DNA of 64,000 nt from the human T2T-CHM13v2.0 reference genome, Homo sapiens (GCF_009914755.1 NC_060942.1), one strand, 5' to 3'. Counted from the stretch's first letter, positions 40,857 through 55,800 are shown. The notes: generated by a model not told the origin, from the letters alone. Numbers and translations are program-made.

Positions 40857-41272
40857 TGATATAGTTTGGATATTTGTCCCCACTCAAATACCATGTTGAA
40901 CTGTAATCCCCAATATTGGGGGTGGGGCCTAGTGGGAGGTGTTTGCATTATGGTGGCAGATCCTTCATGGCTTGCTGCTGTCTTGATGCTGATAGTGAGT
41001 TCTGGCAAGATTTGATCAATTAAAAGTGTGTGGCACCTCCCCCCATGCACTCTCTCTCTTTCTTGCTCCTGCTTTCATCATGTGACATGAAAGCTCCAGC
41101 TTCACCTTCCACCATGAGTAAAAACCCCCTGAGACTTCGCCAGAAGCTGAGTAATGTTGACGCTATGCTTCTTGCACAGTCTTCAGAACCATGAACCAAT
41201 TAATCCTGTTTTCTTTATAAATTATCCAGTCTCAGGTATTTCTTTATAGCAATGCAAGAATGGACTAACACA
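40857..41272 (+). mobile_element. MSTA solo LTR
   Basis: tgatatagtttggatatttgtcccc ... gtctcaggtatttctttatagcaatgcaagaatggactaacaca; TSD ctacc/ccacc. Confidence 0.92.
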
Positions 41273-44200
41273 CCACCCATGGCAGCTACTTCCTCTTCTG
41301 CTCAGAGGAGAAGTCTGACTCTAATTCAAAAGACACAGCCAATTTCCATCATCCTCAGCACTGTTCTCTGCCACCCTGCCCTGGCACAGGGACATTTCCC
41401 AGAGAGAAGGTCTAAAATGTTTCTGCATGACTGCTTGGCACAAGTTGATACTGCAGGACTTAGAATTTTGGGAGAGCAAATGACAACATATGTACATATT
41501 TAAACTTCTCTTGCAGGGAGAGAAAAGATTCTCATCTTTGAAAGTGACAGCTGTCTCAGGAAATACCACTGGCCTGGTCATAAAAGGCCATGGGCCTGGA
41601 GGTCAAATAAAATTTGTTAAGTGGTGTATTCTCTGTACCAAGCTAGAGGTGGCCTTTGGGTGACAATCATAAGTGGTGGGCTAGGTAATTACCTGCAACA
41701 TACATAAAAACAAACAAAAATATTTACCTCTCTCTTCGACTTCTCCTTCTATTCCTCCACGCTCCCCAAAAGGATGAGAAAATAAAAGGATAAAGAGAAA
41801 CAAAAAACAACAAAACTATGTGTAGAATTTTACCATCTCAGTCTGTATGCTACCAAGCTAGTTGGAGGAATTGCATCCGCTCACAGCATGGACCAAAGTA
41901 ATTGAATTCCATCCAAATTTGAATGAGGGCCTTGTCTGATGAGGTTTTGGCCTCTGTCAAAAGAGGAAGTGACAGCTGGGAGAAGTGACCAGGTATGCAG
42001 TAGAATCACCAGATTTCATAAGAATGGATGTGGTTTAGTGATTTACAGAGCACCAGAACCTTGCCTTGAAGATCCCAGGAATAAATACGCAACAAAAACT
42101 GTGTAAACAGACAGAGAAAGAAAAGAATAATCCCTCCTCCCCCCAGCTCTGCCTGGGTGTGAGATTTTATTGTGCATGCAGGTGGTATGATACAGAACAG
42201 TGTATGCTGAACTCCATGCTGCTCTACACCATGAGGCAGGAAGGCCAAGTTGTTGAGGACAACAGCACATTTTACTAAGTCCCTGAAACCTATCATTGTT
42301 CATAATGTCACACCATGGAAAACTGGAAAAGCAGAACAAATGCAGGCTTTCCTATCGAAATGTCTACTGCCTTCAAAAAGCAAACGCATAGTGTCCTTTT
42401 TCAAAGAAATATGAAAACTCATAGAAATGCTTAGACCCCTAAGAACATGCCCATCAGTTTTTCATATTTGCAGGCAAAACTGAATAAATGTCTTTGGATT
42501 CATCTAGCATGCCCCACCACCCCCAGCTTTTTGTCTCTTTCCCTCTCTTTCTCTCTGTTATTTTTAAAGTCATATCTTATCATTTGATGAATAAAGTGAA
42601 GTTTGTGTTCTCAGAAGCATTGTGTGTGGCATTTTCATTTTGAAAAGAAGAATGCTGAGTGGGGTTGTGCAGGAACAAATCTTTTGTTGTCACAGACGTG
42701 CATGTGTTTGAATAAGGCATTCCAGAGTCATAATGACAAGTTTAATATATATCTTTTCCCACTTGACTCCAAGTCCATGGGTATTTCTAGTATACTATGT
42801 GGTAAAAATGTGTTTCCCTTATGATCTAAAAGTTGCAAATACCACCAAGTTCTGTATTAGAGGAAATGTGTGAAAAAGATAAGGCCCTTTTGAGATTAAA
42901 CCCTTGTCTTATGCTCCCCTATATACAGATTTTGTTTGTGAAAGCAGTGATTCCTGGCAAATACCACCAGAAGCCTGGAGGTATGGAGGAGGATATGGGG
43001 TCAAATATGGACACCACCAACTGGAAAATATTTTAGTAAAAAGTTACATATTCTTGAAAGTCTGCTGAAGTATTTTTTTTTATTTGTGCAAACCTCTGAC
43101 TTGGCTCTGTGGGAGTCACAGGTGAATTTGGAGAAAAAAATTAAAAACTGTAAACAGGACAATGTGGGAGGTAGAAATATTACAGAATGTAATGTCTCCT
43201 TGATAAAAGGAACAAGGTAAGGCTATCTCACAGAGGAGGACAGAGGGAGAGAAAGACATTGTCCTCGTATTCAGGTCATAAATAACTTTCCTCTAGCTAC
43301 TTATTTACTCCCTAATTTCTTGACAACTTTGATCAAGTCAGTCATTCAATATCTGTTTTTCACTTATGGATTTTAAATGATTACCTCCACCCCCACCATT
43401 ATCCTTGTCTTTCTTAAAATTACATATTTGCTATTCTATAGAACCCTGTTTTGTTCCCTAATATTGTGACATTTATGATAGTAAACTTAATTTTTAAAAA
43501 TGTGATAGCTTTTGGTGGTGTACAACTGAGAACCCAGAATTCCTAAAATATGTAGGGGAAAGAGCCAACAGGGCCCCAACATTGGCTTGTGGATTATATA
43601 ACCTTAGGCAGCATTAGTCACTTTGGTCACAGTGGGAATGGTGTTCCCTGGTGTTTTACAAGGTGGTACAATTGATTATTTTAAAATATGGATCAGTAAA
43701 TTACTGTAGGCATCATGATCACAGTTTTAAGAATTGCTCAGGTAAAACTGTGGCAGTAATGGTGCAAAACCACTCCATTACCTGCTGTCTTTTCCTGTAC
43801 ATTGGTTTCTGCTTTGAGGACAGTACCTTGAACTACCTAGAAGGATTAAAAATATCTCTCTACCTCTGGGTTATGCTTCTGGGTCCTCTGGTTCTCTTAG
43901 GTGGACACTCTCACAGTGAAATAAACTCCATTTAGCAGAAGAGATTTGGTGAATGTCGCAGGCTAAGCTTCCGCAAGCTACATTTTGTTTTGCAGAGATG
44001 TTGCATGCCCAGACCCAATCCATGTTAGAGCCGGGGTACATGGACATTGGTGTGGAGGTCCTGCATGTCTGCTAAGTTCTGGCTTAGAGAAAGAGGTCAC
44101 TACTGACAGAAGCTTCACATTACTTAAATCACTAACTGCCAATCTAGTCAGACTTAAAAGTCCTATTTGAATGTTGCATGCTGCCTGCTGCTAAGGTTTC

Positions 44201-45406
44201 TTGGTTTCAAGGGAAGGAATGCTGAGAACTTGGTAGAGCTGTCCCTGACCACTGCTTGACTAAGCACCTCCAGTAAAGCTGGTGAAGCATTTCCAGAGTC
44301 AGTCACCTAGATATAACATGACTGCAGAACCCTTCAGGGTCTTCAATTTTATGGCTTAGGGAAGAGAAACACTTTTTAGACCTTTATCTCACAGCATTCA
44401 AAATGTCCAAGTTGGTGAGGGGAAAATCACTCATGCTTTCTGTAACAGCACAGAAGCAAGTTTATGCATAATTTTTTTAGTATTCTATGTGGAAAACAAA
44501 CAAGGATAAATATATCCCACTAGTTGGTATTTTTATAATGGAATAATTTAATGTGGTAGAATAATGAAATAAAAAGGTAGTTTCAAGTATTCTCTATTCT
44601 CTTATATTCTTGTGATTTTTTTATATCCACTGTTAAGATTTAGAAAAGTAGCAATATGGAATAAATAAGTAACCAAGATTTCTTAGACATAAGCAGCTTT
44701 GAAAAGTGTAACTCTTTATTAGGTAACTGCAAATGATTGCAACCACAGTGTTGCTTTACATTAAAAAATGTGACATGGAAAATATGGATCAAAGATATTA
44801 GTGGCTTTCAAGGAACCTCTGTAGATATCAGAGAGATTATTTTGCTAACTATAATTTTTTTCAGGACACTGAGCCTTTCTATTGTCAATACAACTCAGAG
44901 AATCAAAGGGTCACTGTCTACACTTCTTAGTAAGATTATGAGAAATTTGATGAATTAAATTCTCTAGGTCATTGAGGATCATATTTTTCAATTTCAAAAT
45001 TTGATATTGAAAATATTACTCTGATGTGCCAGTCTACTTCCATGTTTCAGCATGGAGAGTCTTGTAAACATCTTTGATTTCTTTTTCTTTTTCTTTTTTC
45101 CTTTTATATTTTTTCCCAATATAAGACCTTGCAGGACCTCTATGCATCATTCTGATTCAGACATTATAAGGTCATAAAAAGATGTAAAAGGTAGTCAAAT
45201 GAGACTTTATCCTGAGACAGAGCCTAGCGATTATTTTTCTTCTTATGTCTAAGTTCAGCAATCACCACACTTTACTGTCTCCTCCTACCTCGTCTTTTTT
45301 CTTTTTTTATTCATATAAACATAAATCCAAAATAAACATAAATCTAGTCATCTAAAGGTTTTATTAAAATGTTTCAGATTGAGGTTTTATTATAAAACAC
45401 ACTTTA

Positions 45407-45740
<334 letters not shown>

Positions 45741-46330
45741 TTAATGAACCAGAGTTTTACCTTCTGGAATACATGAATTTAAGCACAGAATAATTTCATG
45801 TATAGGCCAAGGTCTGCAGTCCTGGCCTGTATGCCTCCCATAGTAAGGGAGGCACAGCCTGGGGAGAAGGAGATAGAAGGGTTCACCATGTCAGCCCTGC
45901 ATGACCCTGCCTGAAGAATGACGAGAGTAACCTGTCATTGTGGGGTAAACTGAGGCACCCAGGAAGACAACCTCACTTTCAAAGGCCCTATTTTGACAAT
46001 TTTGCATGATTAGAAACATATTCCTTTATCTTAAAAATTGAGCCCTTTAGTTACAAATGTGCCCAGAAAGAAACACAGGGTAAGCTACAAGGAGTTCACA
46101 TTCAAATATTAACTAATACCCTAAGATTCGTTCCGACAATAGCTTTTTAAAGGTTGGGAAGCAAATATGAAGATACATGTTTTCAAAGTCTGAACAAGAT
46201 TGGATAAAGGAGTGGGGTATAAAAATGAGAAAGACACTTATTTTAAATATTCATCTGTGAAAACTCATAGCATGAGCAGCCGTGAGCATCATTTAAAAAT
46301 GAGTGAAACTTATATTCAACATTCTTCCAC

Positions 46331-46637
46331 TTTTTTCTTTTTTTTTTTTTTTTTTGAGACGGAGTCTCACTCTGTCACCAGGCCAGAGTGCAATGGCACG
46401 ATCTTGGCTCACTGCAACCTCTGCCTCCTGGGTTCAAGCGATTCTTCTGCCCTCAACCTCCCAAATAGCTGGGACTACAGGTGCGCACCACCACACCCAG
46501 CTAATTTTTTCTATTTAGTAGAGACAGAGTTTCACCATGTTGGCCAGGATGGTCTCGATCTCCTGACCTTGTTGTGATTCTCCCACCTCAGCCTCCCAAA
46601 GTGCTGGGATTACAGGCATGAACTACTGTGCCCAGTC
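46331..46637 (-). mobile_element. AluSc-like element
   Basis: 'tgtcaccaggc' and 'ggccaggatggtctcgatctcc'; poly-T; short TSD acttttt. Confidence 0.93.
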
Positions 46638-49399
46638 TACTTTTTGTGCCTTCCTCCTACCACAAAATTCCAGGCCAATAGAGCCCCAGGGCAAACACAT
46701 GTCCCCCACTTGATATCTCTGCTTTTCTTCCCTACCAGTCTGGTCTGCCTATACACATCACAGGTCCTGGATATGGCCCCCTCCAATGTACTTATAGGCC
46801 TAGTTTGCTGATAGACTAAATCTCATAAAATATTTCCAATGGATAAGAAACAAAAAAGATAAACATGCCTTCCCAGAGATATTTCTATTTTCCTTAATGC
46901 AGGAGATCCTCTCTCTAATGTAGGATGAAACTGTGCTATTTTGGGGACAGGTGGAATCTCCCTTTTGTCCCTCAAAGCATACCCACTACTTAAGTGGCCA
47001 GTTCTTTCAACTACACTCCAAGTCTTTTGATGTTGATACACCCTGAACATAAAAAAGGGTGACACATGAAGTCACCAGAGGTGGTGGCTGAAGTTGGTAA
47101 GTAAAGGGTGTTTGCTTTGACATAGTCATTGATGATTTATTCCACTCAGATCAAGTCTAGACAAATAGCTCAAACCTCTTAAAAGTTCGATCTAGTTTTA
47201 TTAAAAGTCTTCCAGTTTTTAAAAGTTTGTAAATGTTCAGAAAAAAAAAACCTGCTGTGATTCTAGGATCCTTTCGCATGTGTTCTTACTCCTTTTTAAT
47301 AACAGTGGCCTTGAGCATATCAACCTACTCCTCAGTCAGCAAATTCTGTGGGGGCCTTAAGCAAGTGATTTTCCCTTTGCAGTCTCCTTAACAGCTAAAA
47401 ATGTCTCTGCTTAGTATCATTTCATGCACTTCTCATATTTCCTCATCAAGGTCCAAATGCAGTATGAATTTCCATGGGAAAATCTGTTTTCTGTGAATAT
47501 AAGAGTGGTTGATCATAAGGCAGCATTCTGGGGCAAACCAGATGTGAACTCTGGTTTGTCACAAGGCGTAAGTTTCTTAGGAATAACCCCTTCCCTTTTG
47601 CATTGTGCTTTTACCACTGTCCTGCTTCCATATCCTCTTTCTCAAACCCAGCGTTCCAACTAAGAAACCTGATCTGATGGAGTGGCTTAGCTCTCACCCA
47701 GTATGGAATGGTCACTCAATGGTAAGTCATTGACCTCTTAATGATGGCTGATATATAAATGTCATTGGCTGTCCCTGCTTACACCAAGGGCCATTGGGTC
47801 ATTTAACAAAAGGTATAGGAGCTTGGTAGGAGGCAACTATTATAATACACTTCTATACAATAGAAGAAGTCTATACTGTAGAGTGTCGACTTCTTCCTTA
47901 AAATAGGCTTTCAGGAATGGCAAGCTAAGATGCCTCATCAGCACAGTATTTTTCCAAACTTATTACTTGCCTTATGTCCCCTACTAATCAGTAATCTCCT
48001 TGAGTAACATCCCAGTGCCTAGTACAGTACCTTTCAGATAGAACAGGCTTGATAAACACTGAGTGGACTAAATTTAATAAATTGAGAGAGCCACTCATTT
48101 GGGTTTCTAATACAAAACGGCCTTGGCTATTCTGTTTTTAAATATTTAGCAGTTCAGTTAAAAACGCCCCTGTGAATCTTTTATGACATCATTTATCTTT
48201 CTATTTCTTTTCAGCTTTAAATTGCACTGCCAGATTTATTTGCTGCGGTATTAGGTTTCCATGTCTACCCAGTTCTAGTCCAGCTCTTCTAATGCGATTC
48301 AGTCTTTTTACTGCAAGACTCAGACTCAAATATTAAATCAACATTTGCCATTAAGACTCCACATTTGTCTATGGGATGATGATTGGATTCATCTTTTGGA
48401 AAGGAATCTATATAAATACATCTTCTCTAATAATATCCAAAGATAATCCTCTCCTCCTCCTCATCCCCTGCCGTGTTTCTTAAAAATGTAGACTCCAGGA
48501 CTCTCTAAGTTGCTCTCCCCAAAGCTACAGTAACATCTCCTCCACTGGTAATGTCATTCCATTACCTCCACTCTCTGATGTTCTGATGTTTGCTGCCAAA
48601 TACATGGTTTCAGAAAAATCCTGCGTGCTTTGCCATTTTTATTAGAAGCAGAATCTGATCAACAACATTCCAATTATAAGAGTAAAAAGAGAAAAAGGTA
48701 ATCAGGCTTTGAATTAAATCACATCTGGACAGGCCTGTTGTTGAGGGCACTAATAATATATTGCATACGTATTTGGGCAGAGCATGCCAGAAGTGAATTC
48801 CACATCATTAACAAAGTTCTCTATCAATCACTCACAATCTGGCAGCTGTAACCGGCAAGGTGCAGAATCAAGTCTTCTTCACTGCTGAATATGTATCATC
48901 ATGGCCCATGCAAGTCCCTTCTCTGCCTATGGGGTCTGCCAGGCACACAGCTGCTTGAAGAGCAGAACGGGGGTTTGCATTAACGCTCTTCAAGTCATTT
49001 CTCTCTCAGACAGGAATCTTGCATTTTAAACACCATTGCACAAAGAGCTTGGAACGCCTTCTCAGAGTCAGTTCTCTTGGCTCACTACAGAGAACAGGGA
49101 GAAATATGTCACTCCTGCAAATAGCCACAACAGTCCTCAGAAGGCAATGGGCTGAATGAGGCATGTGTGGTTGCCACTGTCTCTCTCTGCTAATGCTGAG
49201 GAGAAAATCTCGGATTTTCAGCCAGCGACCAAGTAAAGTCAGATGGAGTGGGAGCTTAGCATGGCCCAGCTTGGTAAGCACCTTCATTTTTTTAAAGCAC
49301 CCTCAATATTCCTCATACCATCTTTGGAAATCTAATATACTATAGCAATTTATATAATACTGGTTTTGATCCTTGCAGCAAATCATCAAGAGGATGTGC

Positions 49400-49640
49400 T
49401 GTGTGGATTAAAGACCTGAGTGCCAGAGCCAAACTGACTGGCTGAATTTCTGCTCAGCTGTTTACAGTTCTGTGATCTTGGTCAAGTTATTTAACATTCC
49501 ATGCTTCATTATTCCACCTGAAAAATGGGGATAACAATAGTAGCTGACACATAGGGTTGTTGTAAGAAATAAATACAAAAAACATGTAAAACACACTTAA
49601 GGGTCAGGACTGGTACCAAGTAAGCCTCAATGTTAGAAGT
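49400..49640 (+). mobile_element. MIR
   Basis: 'ctgtgatcttggtcaagttatttaac...ctgaaaaatggggataacaatagtagctgacacatagggttgttgtaag'. Confidence 0.85.
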
Positions 49641-49965
49641 CATTCAAATTCAGGAGAACTATGGTTACTCTGATCTGATCTAAATGATGGTTGAAGCTGA
49701 ACCTACAGATTTCCATGATCTCATAGCAGAGTGGCAAAAAGGGAGCAGGCATTCCCCTCTATGGAATACAAATTATCCTTTATCCCTCTGAAGTGTCCAA
49801 AGGGAAGCAAGTACTCACTGCAGCTGATGGAAACACTTTAACAGATTTTTTGTGGGGGTTGGGAGGAGTTGAGGCTTATTAGCAAACATGTATTTCAGTT
49901 TTTGTGGAATTATCTAATCTGAAACCCTTTTTTGATAATCAAAATTAGTATCAAAGACTTATTGA

Positions 49966-50259
49966 GCCTGGGTGTGATAACTCATGCCTACAATCCCAGA
50001 GCTTTGAGAGGCTGAGTGGGGACAATCACTTGAGCCCGGAAGTTCAAGATCAGTCTGAGCAATACAGGGAGATTCTGTTGCTATAAAAAATTTTTTTTAA
50101 TTAGCTGGGTGTGCTAGTGAGCACTTGTGACCCTAGTAGATGAGAAGCTGAGGTGGGAGGTTTGCTGGAGCTCAAGAAGTTGAGACTGCAGTGAGTGGTG
50201 ATCATGCCACTGTCCTCCTGCCTGGACAACAGAGTGAGACCCTCTCCCCAGCAAAAAAA
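49966..50259 (+). mobile_element. AluJ
   Basis: Diverged dimer 'atcacttgagcccggaagttcaagatcag...gttgagactgcagtgag...gacaacagagtgagaccct'; TSD-like aaagac(tt)attgag. Confidence 0.9.
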
Positions 50260-53129
50260 GACATTGAGTAGCTGCTATGTGTAAAACTTTGATAATGACT
50301 CTGAAGTGAGAAACTGAAGTCTTACAACAGAGTTCCTCTCCACATACCTACCAACGGTTCAGTATATAAACACATGGCATTGATAACATGTGCTGGTGAG
50401 TATGAACATCCATCTGGGATAGGAAGGACCTGCATGAAAGCCTTGTCTTTCCCTGGATGAAGTGGGAGCAGAAATTATGCATTTGGGTTAAGAGAGGGCT
50501 GGACAAAGTAAGGCCAAAACAGTTCAGGAGACTACTGACCTTGACCCATTATGGATGTGAGAGTGGGTGATCACAGAACATCCATAGGGCTTCCTTTACA
50601 CTAGAAACTTCCTTAAGGAAAAAAAAATCAACATTTGTGGTTAACAAAAAAATAATTTGTTTCTCTCTTTTCTAATACACATCTATCATATGATTAATAA
50701 TGGCAAATATTGCTGGAGCATCATGGGATATACAAGCCGTATAAGACTCAACACCCTATACCAAAAAACTTGTCATCTAATTAGAGAACTATACAACTTA
50801 TGGATTAAAAAACAGCAAGTATAAAACAGAAAAATGCACTAACAAATAATATCAATCAAAAAAACCAGGGCTACATAAGCTAAGAAAGCAGAGAAACATG
50901 TACATCTCAAATCAACAGCAATTATGCTGCATCCCAGACCTGTTCTTTTCAGAACAAATGGGGACTAGGGGATAAAGGAATCTTTTTCAGGTTGCAAGAG
51001 CCCCCTTGAGTAAAAACAGAAAACAAGTCAGACAAGCTTAAGAATTCACTCTGCTTCTCAATAGCCTCTTCTCTGCCCAGTTTTCTGTGGTGACAGGTCA
51101 CTCCTTGTCACTTTAAGCCCCAGCCCTTCACCATTAATTGCCCCTCTCAGTTTTTATTTATTTTTCATCTTAGGGGAAAAGGAGGTGGGGAATAGATTTC
51201 TTTCCCAGCTGTTCCTTTCTTGTAGCACATTCTACAAACTCCAACCCTGTCCCACCAGCCTGAGAAACTACACCAAGGGGAGGAGGGTAGAAAGGAAAAT
51301 AAAGGGGAAGAGAAAAGTGGTTAAAAACTTAATTTAATATACTTACTAAAGATGCTGAAAAATGCACTTACTTCAGAACCTCCACCACTGAGTACTGTGA
51401 AGTAGCATTTAGCTCTAATAGGGTTTCTGCTTCATCAGCTACAATAATTATTTTCCTTAATTTGCCTTGGACATTCTATATAACGATCTCCATGTTTAAG
51501 AGGGGGTGTTCTTTCTATAAGCGAAAACAAAATGCATGTGTGTGATTTGCTTCACCTCCTACATTTGGCATGCTTTCTTTCTCCCAGGCCTCGAGTGTGT
51601 CTTTACTCTCTCTCTGTCATCAGTATGAATTTCTGGACATTAAGACCATCCATCTCCACTCTCCTACCCCATCCCTACCCCTATCTAATTGGCAATTTGC
51701 CACCTCTACCCTTGTCTTTAAAACTAGATCAGCTTTCCTGCAACTTGCAAGAATATTCTGTCCCCTGCAAGAAACCCCAGAGAGGCTGATCTTGAAAACG
51801 TGCAAATGTGTTATTTAAAAAATGATATTGAATATCAAACTGTGATGTGTGTTTATATCTTTTTGATCTCTATTTTTGTCCTTTTTAACTATCCCCTTAC
51901 CCTGTTTCTGCGAGTGTTAGCTACAGATTTTCAATCACACCCACCGGCAAAGCCAACCCGCAGGGAGGCTCTCAGCAGTGCCCTTTCAGAACCAGCCCAG
52001 CAGATGAAAGGCAGATGGAAAATTCCAGGGGTTCCGATCTGAGCATTTAAATGATCATTTAGCGTAACACAAATCTGCGAGATATGTATTTTTAGTTTCC
52101 TATGCAGAGCAATAGAATGGAGACAATGCAAAGGACCCTGGTGAGTGTGTTGCACAGAAAATACTTGAGAAGAACTAGTCAGCAGAAAATGAATTTGTGG
52201 AGACCCTGGAAAGGTCTCTGGACAGCAGAAATGCGATTTATAATAATCTTTTCCACTTTGGGCAACTCTGTCTTTACAAATTGCACTCACTACCATTTCT
52301 TTTTCTTTCCTTTTGAGTTTTTTTTTTAATTATCATCTGGTACAGGAGTGATAGAAAAGCACATAGTTTTACATCCATTCTACAGATCCTAAATGATTCA
52401 GAGCCTTAGGAACAAATCGGAGACAATGCTAGAGCCACATCTCTGATGTCCAGGAAGGGTTCCCTTGCACTACTTTATACTCCAAACTATGCTTACATAC
52501 TATCTAGAAAACAAGGCTATCACTTGAGAACAGGCTTATCACCTCAATATTTAGATGATATTTAAAGATAAAAATTTTAAATATTTTAATATAACTGTCA
52601 GCAATCTCTATGCTAGACAACAAATGCTTGCATGTGCTATGATATATGATTTATAAGATTTAGAATTCTTCAAGGTGCCCTTTCCACACCCTAAGATGAA
52701 GAAATAAGTGAAAATAAGATACACCAAAAGTCACTCAAGTGTCTATTGGCTTAACAGCAAGTCCAGTCCTAAGTAACTTTTGCCTGCCACACTGTCCAAC
52801 CAATGATATTAATATGTTAAAACAGTTTTTTCTAGAGACCTGCTATAGGTTAGAACAGCTTTACACATGTAGAAAACACCAGAAGGACATTTTAAACAGA
52901 GATGTTACCTATTAAATTCAATCTTCATGTTTACAATAAGAATATTGTGACTTCCAAAATAAAGCCAGATCTTACTGATGGGCTTTATTTCTCACTGATG
53001 GGAATAGCAATGGGAATTTGAATCAGGTCCAATTATCGACTACTTGAAGGAGTGCTTGTACCTAGCTTGCTTTCTCATATCACAGAATGTGCACTTTCTC
53101 TTTGCTGCATACTTTTCTATTATTTTCAT

Positions 53130-53296
53130 CTTTTTTTAAGAGATGAGGTCTCACCATCTTACCCAGACTAGAGTGCAGTGGCTATTCACATGCATAATCA
53201 TAGTGTACTGCAGCCTTGAACGCCTGGCCTCAAGCAATCCTTCCATCTCAGCTTCCTGAGTAGCTGGGATAAAAGTGTGCACCACTGTGCCTAGCT
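53130..53296 (-). mobile_element. FAM (fossil Alu monomer)
   Basis: 7SL-like 'gtgcagtggctattcaca...atcatagtgtactgcagccttgaac' segment; monomeric; TSD-like tattt(t)tca. Confidence 0.85.
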
Positions 53297-53554
53297 TATT
53301 TTTCACTATTGTGTGAGCTGTATCCTCAGCTCCTGGATTATGGGAAACACTCCTAACAAGAGACTATAGACGTATGAAGGCATTAATGACTAAAAGGTAT
53401 GTATTAAAGAGAGGGACAATTTGCACCTGCTGTCTCTTATTTAAAAATCTTTCTATTCTTTCCTCCAACTTTCCTTTTGACCTTCTAGAGCTACTTTAAC
53501 TCCTATGAAGTTCTCTGATTTGTAATATACAATTCCACTTGGCTATGCATTTTA

Positions 53555-54880
53555 GAAATAGCAAATAATAACATATATTGAGGATTTCTAGGTGGCAAGC
53601 ATGCAGCCGAGTTCTTTACATGCGTGATCTGATTTAATAGGCATATTAATCACATGAGGTAGGTGCTGTTATCCCTGTTTTTTGATAGTGATGATACTCA
53701 TTTTCCCTCTTTACTTATCCACATTGATACCTAAGAGAGAACACATAATATCTTTCCATAAATTAATTTTGTCCATTTTCTTTATTTTAATAAATGACAT
53801 GATCACCAAAAATACAGTTATTATCCTGGATCTCTCTCTTTCTCTCATCCTCCACATCCCATCTGTCAGCAGTCCTATCAACTCTGTCTCCTAAATATAT
53901 CCTAAACACTTGCACTTCCCTCCAGCTGCTTGTGTATTGTCCTGGTTCAATCCACCACCATTGCTTGTCTAGACATGTGCAGTAGTCTTCTTACTGGCAT
54001 GCCTGCTTCTATTTCTGTCTCACTATAATTGAAAACAGTGATCTTTTAAAAAATAAATCAAACTTAATGTCCTCACTATAAACCCTATAATGGCTTCCTA
54101 TCACATTTAGAATAAAATGCAAACCCTTGTATCCTGGCCTTAATGATCTGGCCACGACCAATCTTTAGGCTTGATCATTCTCTACCTTGCTCTTTCTTTC
54201 CCAAAAAGACTGTTTCCTAAACTCTTCAATTTCATCCCTGCCTTAGCATCTTCACACTTATTTCCTCTACTTGGAATATTCTTCTGCAGCATTTTACAGA
54301 GTACATTTCATCATTCAAATCTCAGCTTTAAATGTAACCTTGAGATGCTTTTGCTAACCACCAAATTTAAAGTTTTCACCTAGCTATTCATAACACTTAC
54401 AACTGCCTGATATTTCCCTTTCTTACTTTTTCATCTGCTTATTCATATTCAGTCTCCTCATAACAGCAGGGGTCATATTTATCTTATTTACTATCAGGAC
54501 CAGCTACATAATTTCTAGAGTCTAGCAAAAAATGAAATTATGGGGTCCTTTGTTGAAAAAATACTAAAAATGTCAAGACAATGACAGCAGAACATTAAGC
54601 CAAGTGCATGGCCTTCTAAACTTCGGGGACCTGTGTAAACACCTAAGTCGCAGGCTTATGAAGTCTGTTCATCATTGTACTCAAGCACATAGTAGCTGCT
54701 TGAATACATTTTTTGAATACATTATTTATTCATTTATTTGTTGAATTAATTAATTAATTAGGTTAAGGAAACTGAGCTGAAGATAACAAACTTGTTAAAC
54801 ACAAATAATAAAATGCAAATTGAGAATAGAAACTCAGGTAGTCTGATCTAGCATTTCCTCTCAGCCACTGTGCCACATTG
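53555..54880. mobile_element. Nested relics: MIR (-) split by L2 (+, about 53700-54750)
   Basis: MIR halves 'catgaggtaggtgctgttatccctgtttt' and 'taaggaaactgagctg...actcaggtagtctga'; L2 'tccacatcccatctgtcagcagtcctatcaactct...ggcttcctatcacatttagaataaaat'. Confidence 0.7.
54495..54672 (-). mobile_element. MER45A (hAT-Tip100) inside L2
   Basis: 'caggaccagctacataattt...aaatgaaattatggggtcctttgttgaaaa...gacagcagaacattaagccaag' matches reverse MER45A. Confidence 0.85.
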
Positions 54881-55569
54881 CATCTCAAGGCTAACACAAT
54901 CTAGTCCCCTACTTCCCCCAAATATTCATTCTTTTCTTTCAGTAAAATCTAACATTATGCAGAAATAAAGAATGACAACAATTAGCTATAATTCTAAGGA
55001 AGTATGTGTTAAGCATTCTAACTGAGAAGGGTGTAAAAAAAGTTATAGAAATTGAAATGTGAGTGAGGTGGGATGGTTAGATGTTTCATTTGTGGTAGAT
55101 TTGAAGGCTGATAGGATTCTGGTGCATGGGCAATAAAAAGAGTTTATTATAAAAGAAGATCCACTAGAGGAAGCATACAGAACAATAATGTGGTGAGAAG
55201 TTGAGCGTGACTGAGGAAAGGCTACATGAAGGGGAAGAGGCAAGAATAAAATAGACATATCTGTCAGGTCCTGAATTTGATAACTATTAGATGCTTAGGG
55301 GCTTTATTTTTTCCAGCAGGAAATGAGAGCCAGGGTAGTGCCATTCTGAAAGCAGAACCTCAGGAAGACAAATATTGCTATATCGAACAGAGTGAGCAAG
55401 AAGGAGAAATCATAGGCCACATGCATGAGCATAACTAGAGTGCTGACAGCAGGGATTCCAAGGAAAAGAAAGATAATGGAAATCACAGAGACAATGGAAA
55501 CCTAAATGATTAACTGAGGACAGTGAAGTAGCAGGCTTTTCAAGTGATAATTTTGAAGTCTTAAATCTC

Positions 55570-55800
55570 CGGCATACCTACTATGTGCTTAATGCTTTAC
55601 ATGTTATGCTTAAATAATGTATGTAAAATATATTTGTACATATATTTTACAGACCTGGGAGGAATATCTTATTTATTTTCAAGTCACACCAAAGGAAAGG
55701 CAAGGCTCAGAGAAGTGGATTAATTTGCTGGAGGCTACATAGTAAGCAGAGGGGGTGGGATATGAACTCATAACTGTGTGACTCAAATGAATCCTGTCTG
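55570..55800 (-). mobile_element. MIR
   Basis: 'aaggctcagagaagtggattaatttgctggaggctacatagtaagcagag...ggatatgaactc'. Confidence 0.7.

Noticed and set aside
40857-41272. DUX4 site in the MaLR LTR
   Set aside because: The expected position reads ggtgtttgcatta, a poor match to the DUX4 motif
52957-52990. 10-bp inverted repeat aaataaagcc/ggctttattt with a 14-nt loop
   Set aside because: Short and AT-rich; too small for a pre-miRNA and plausible by chance
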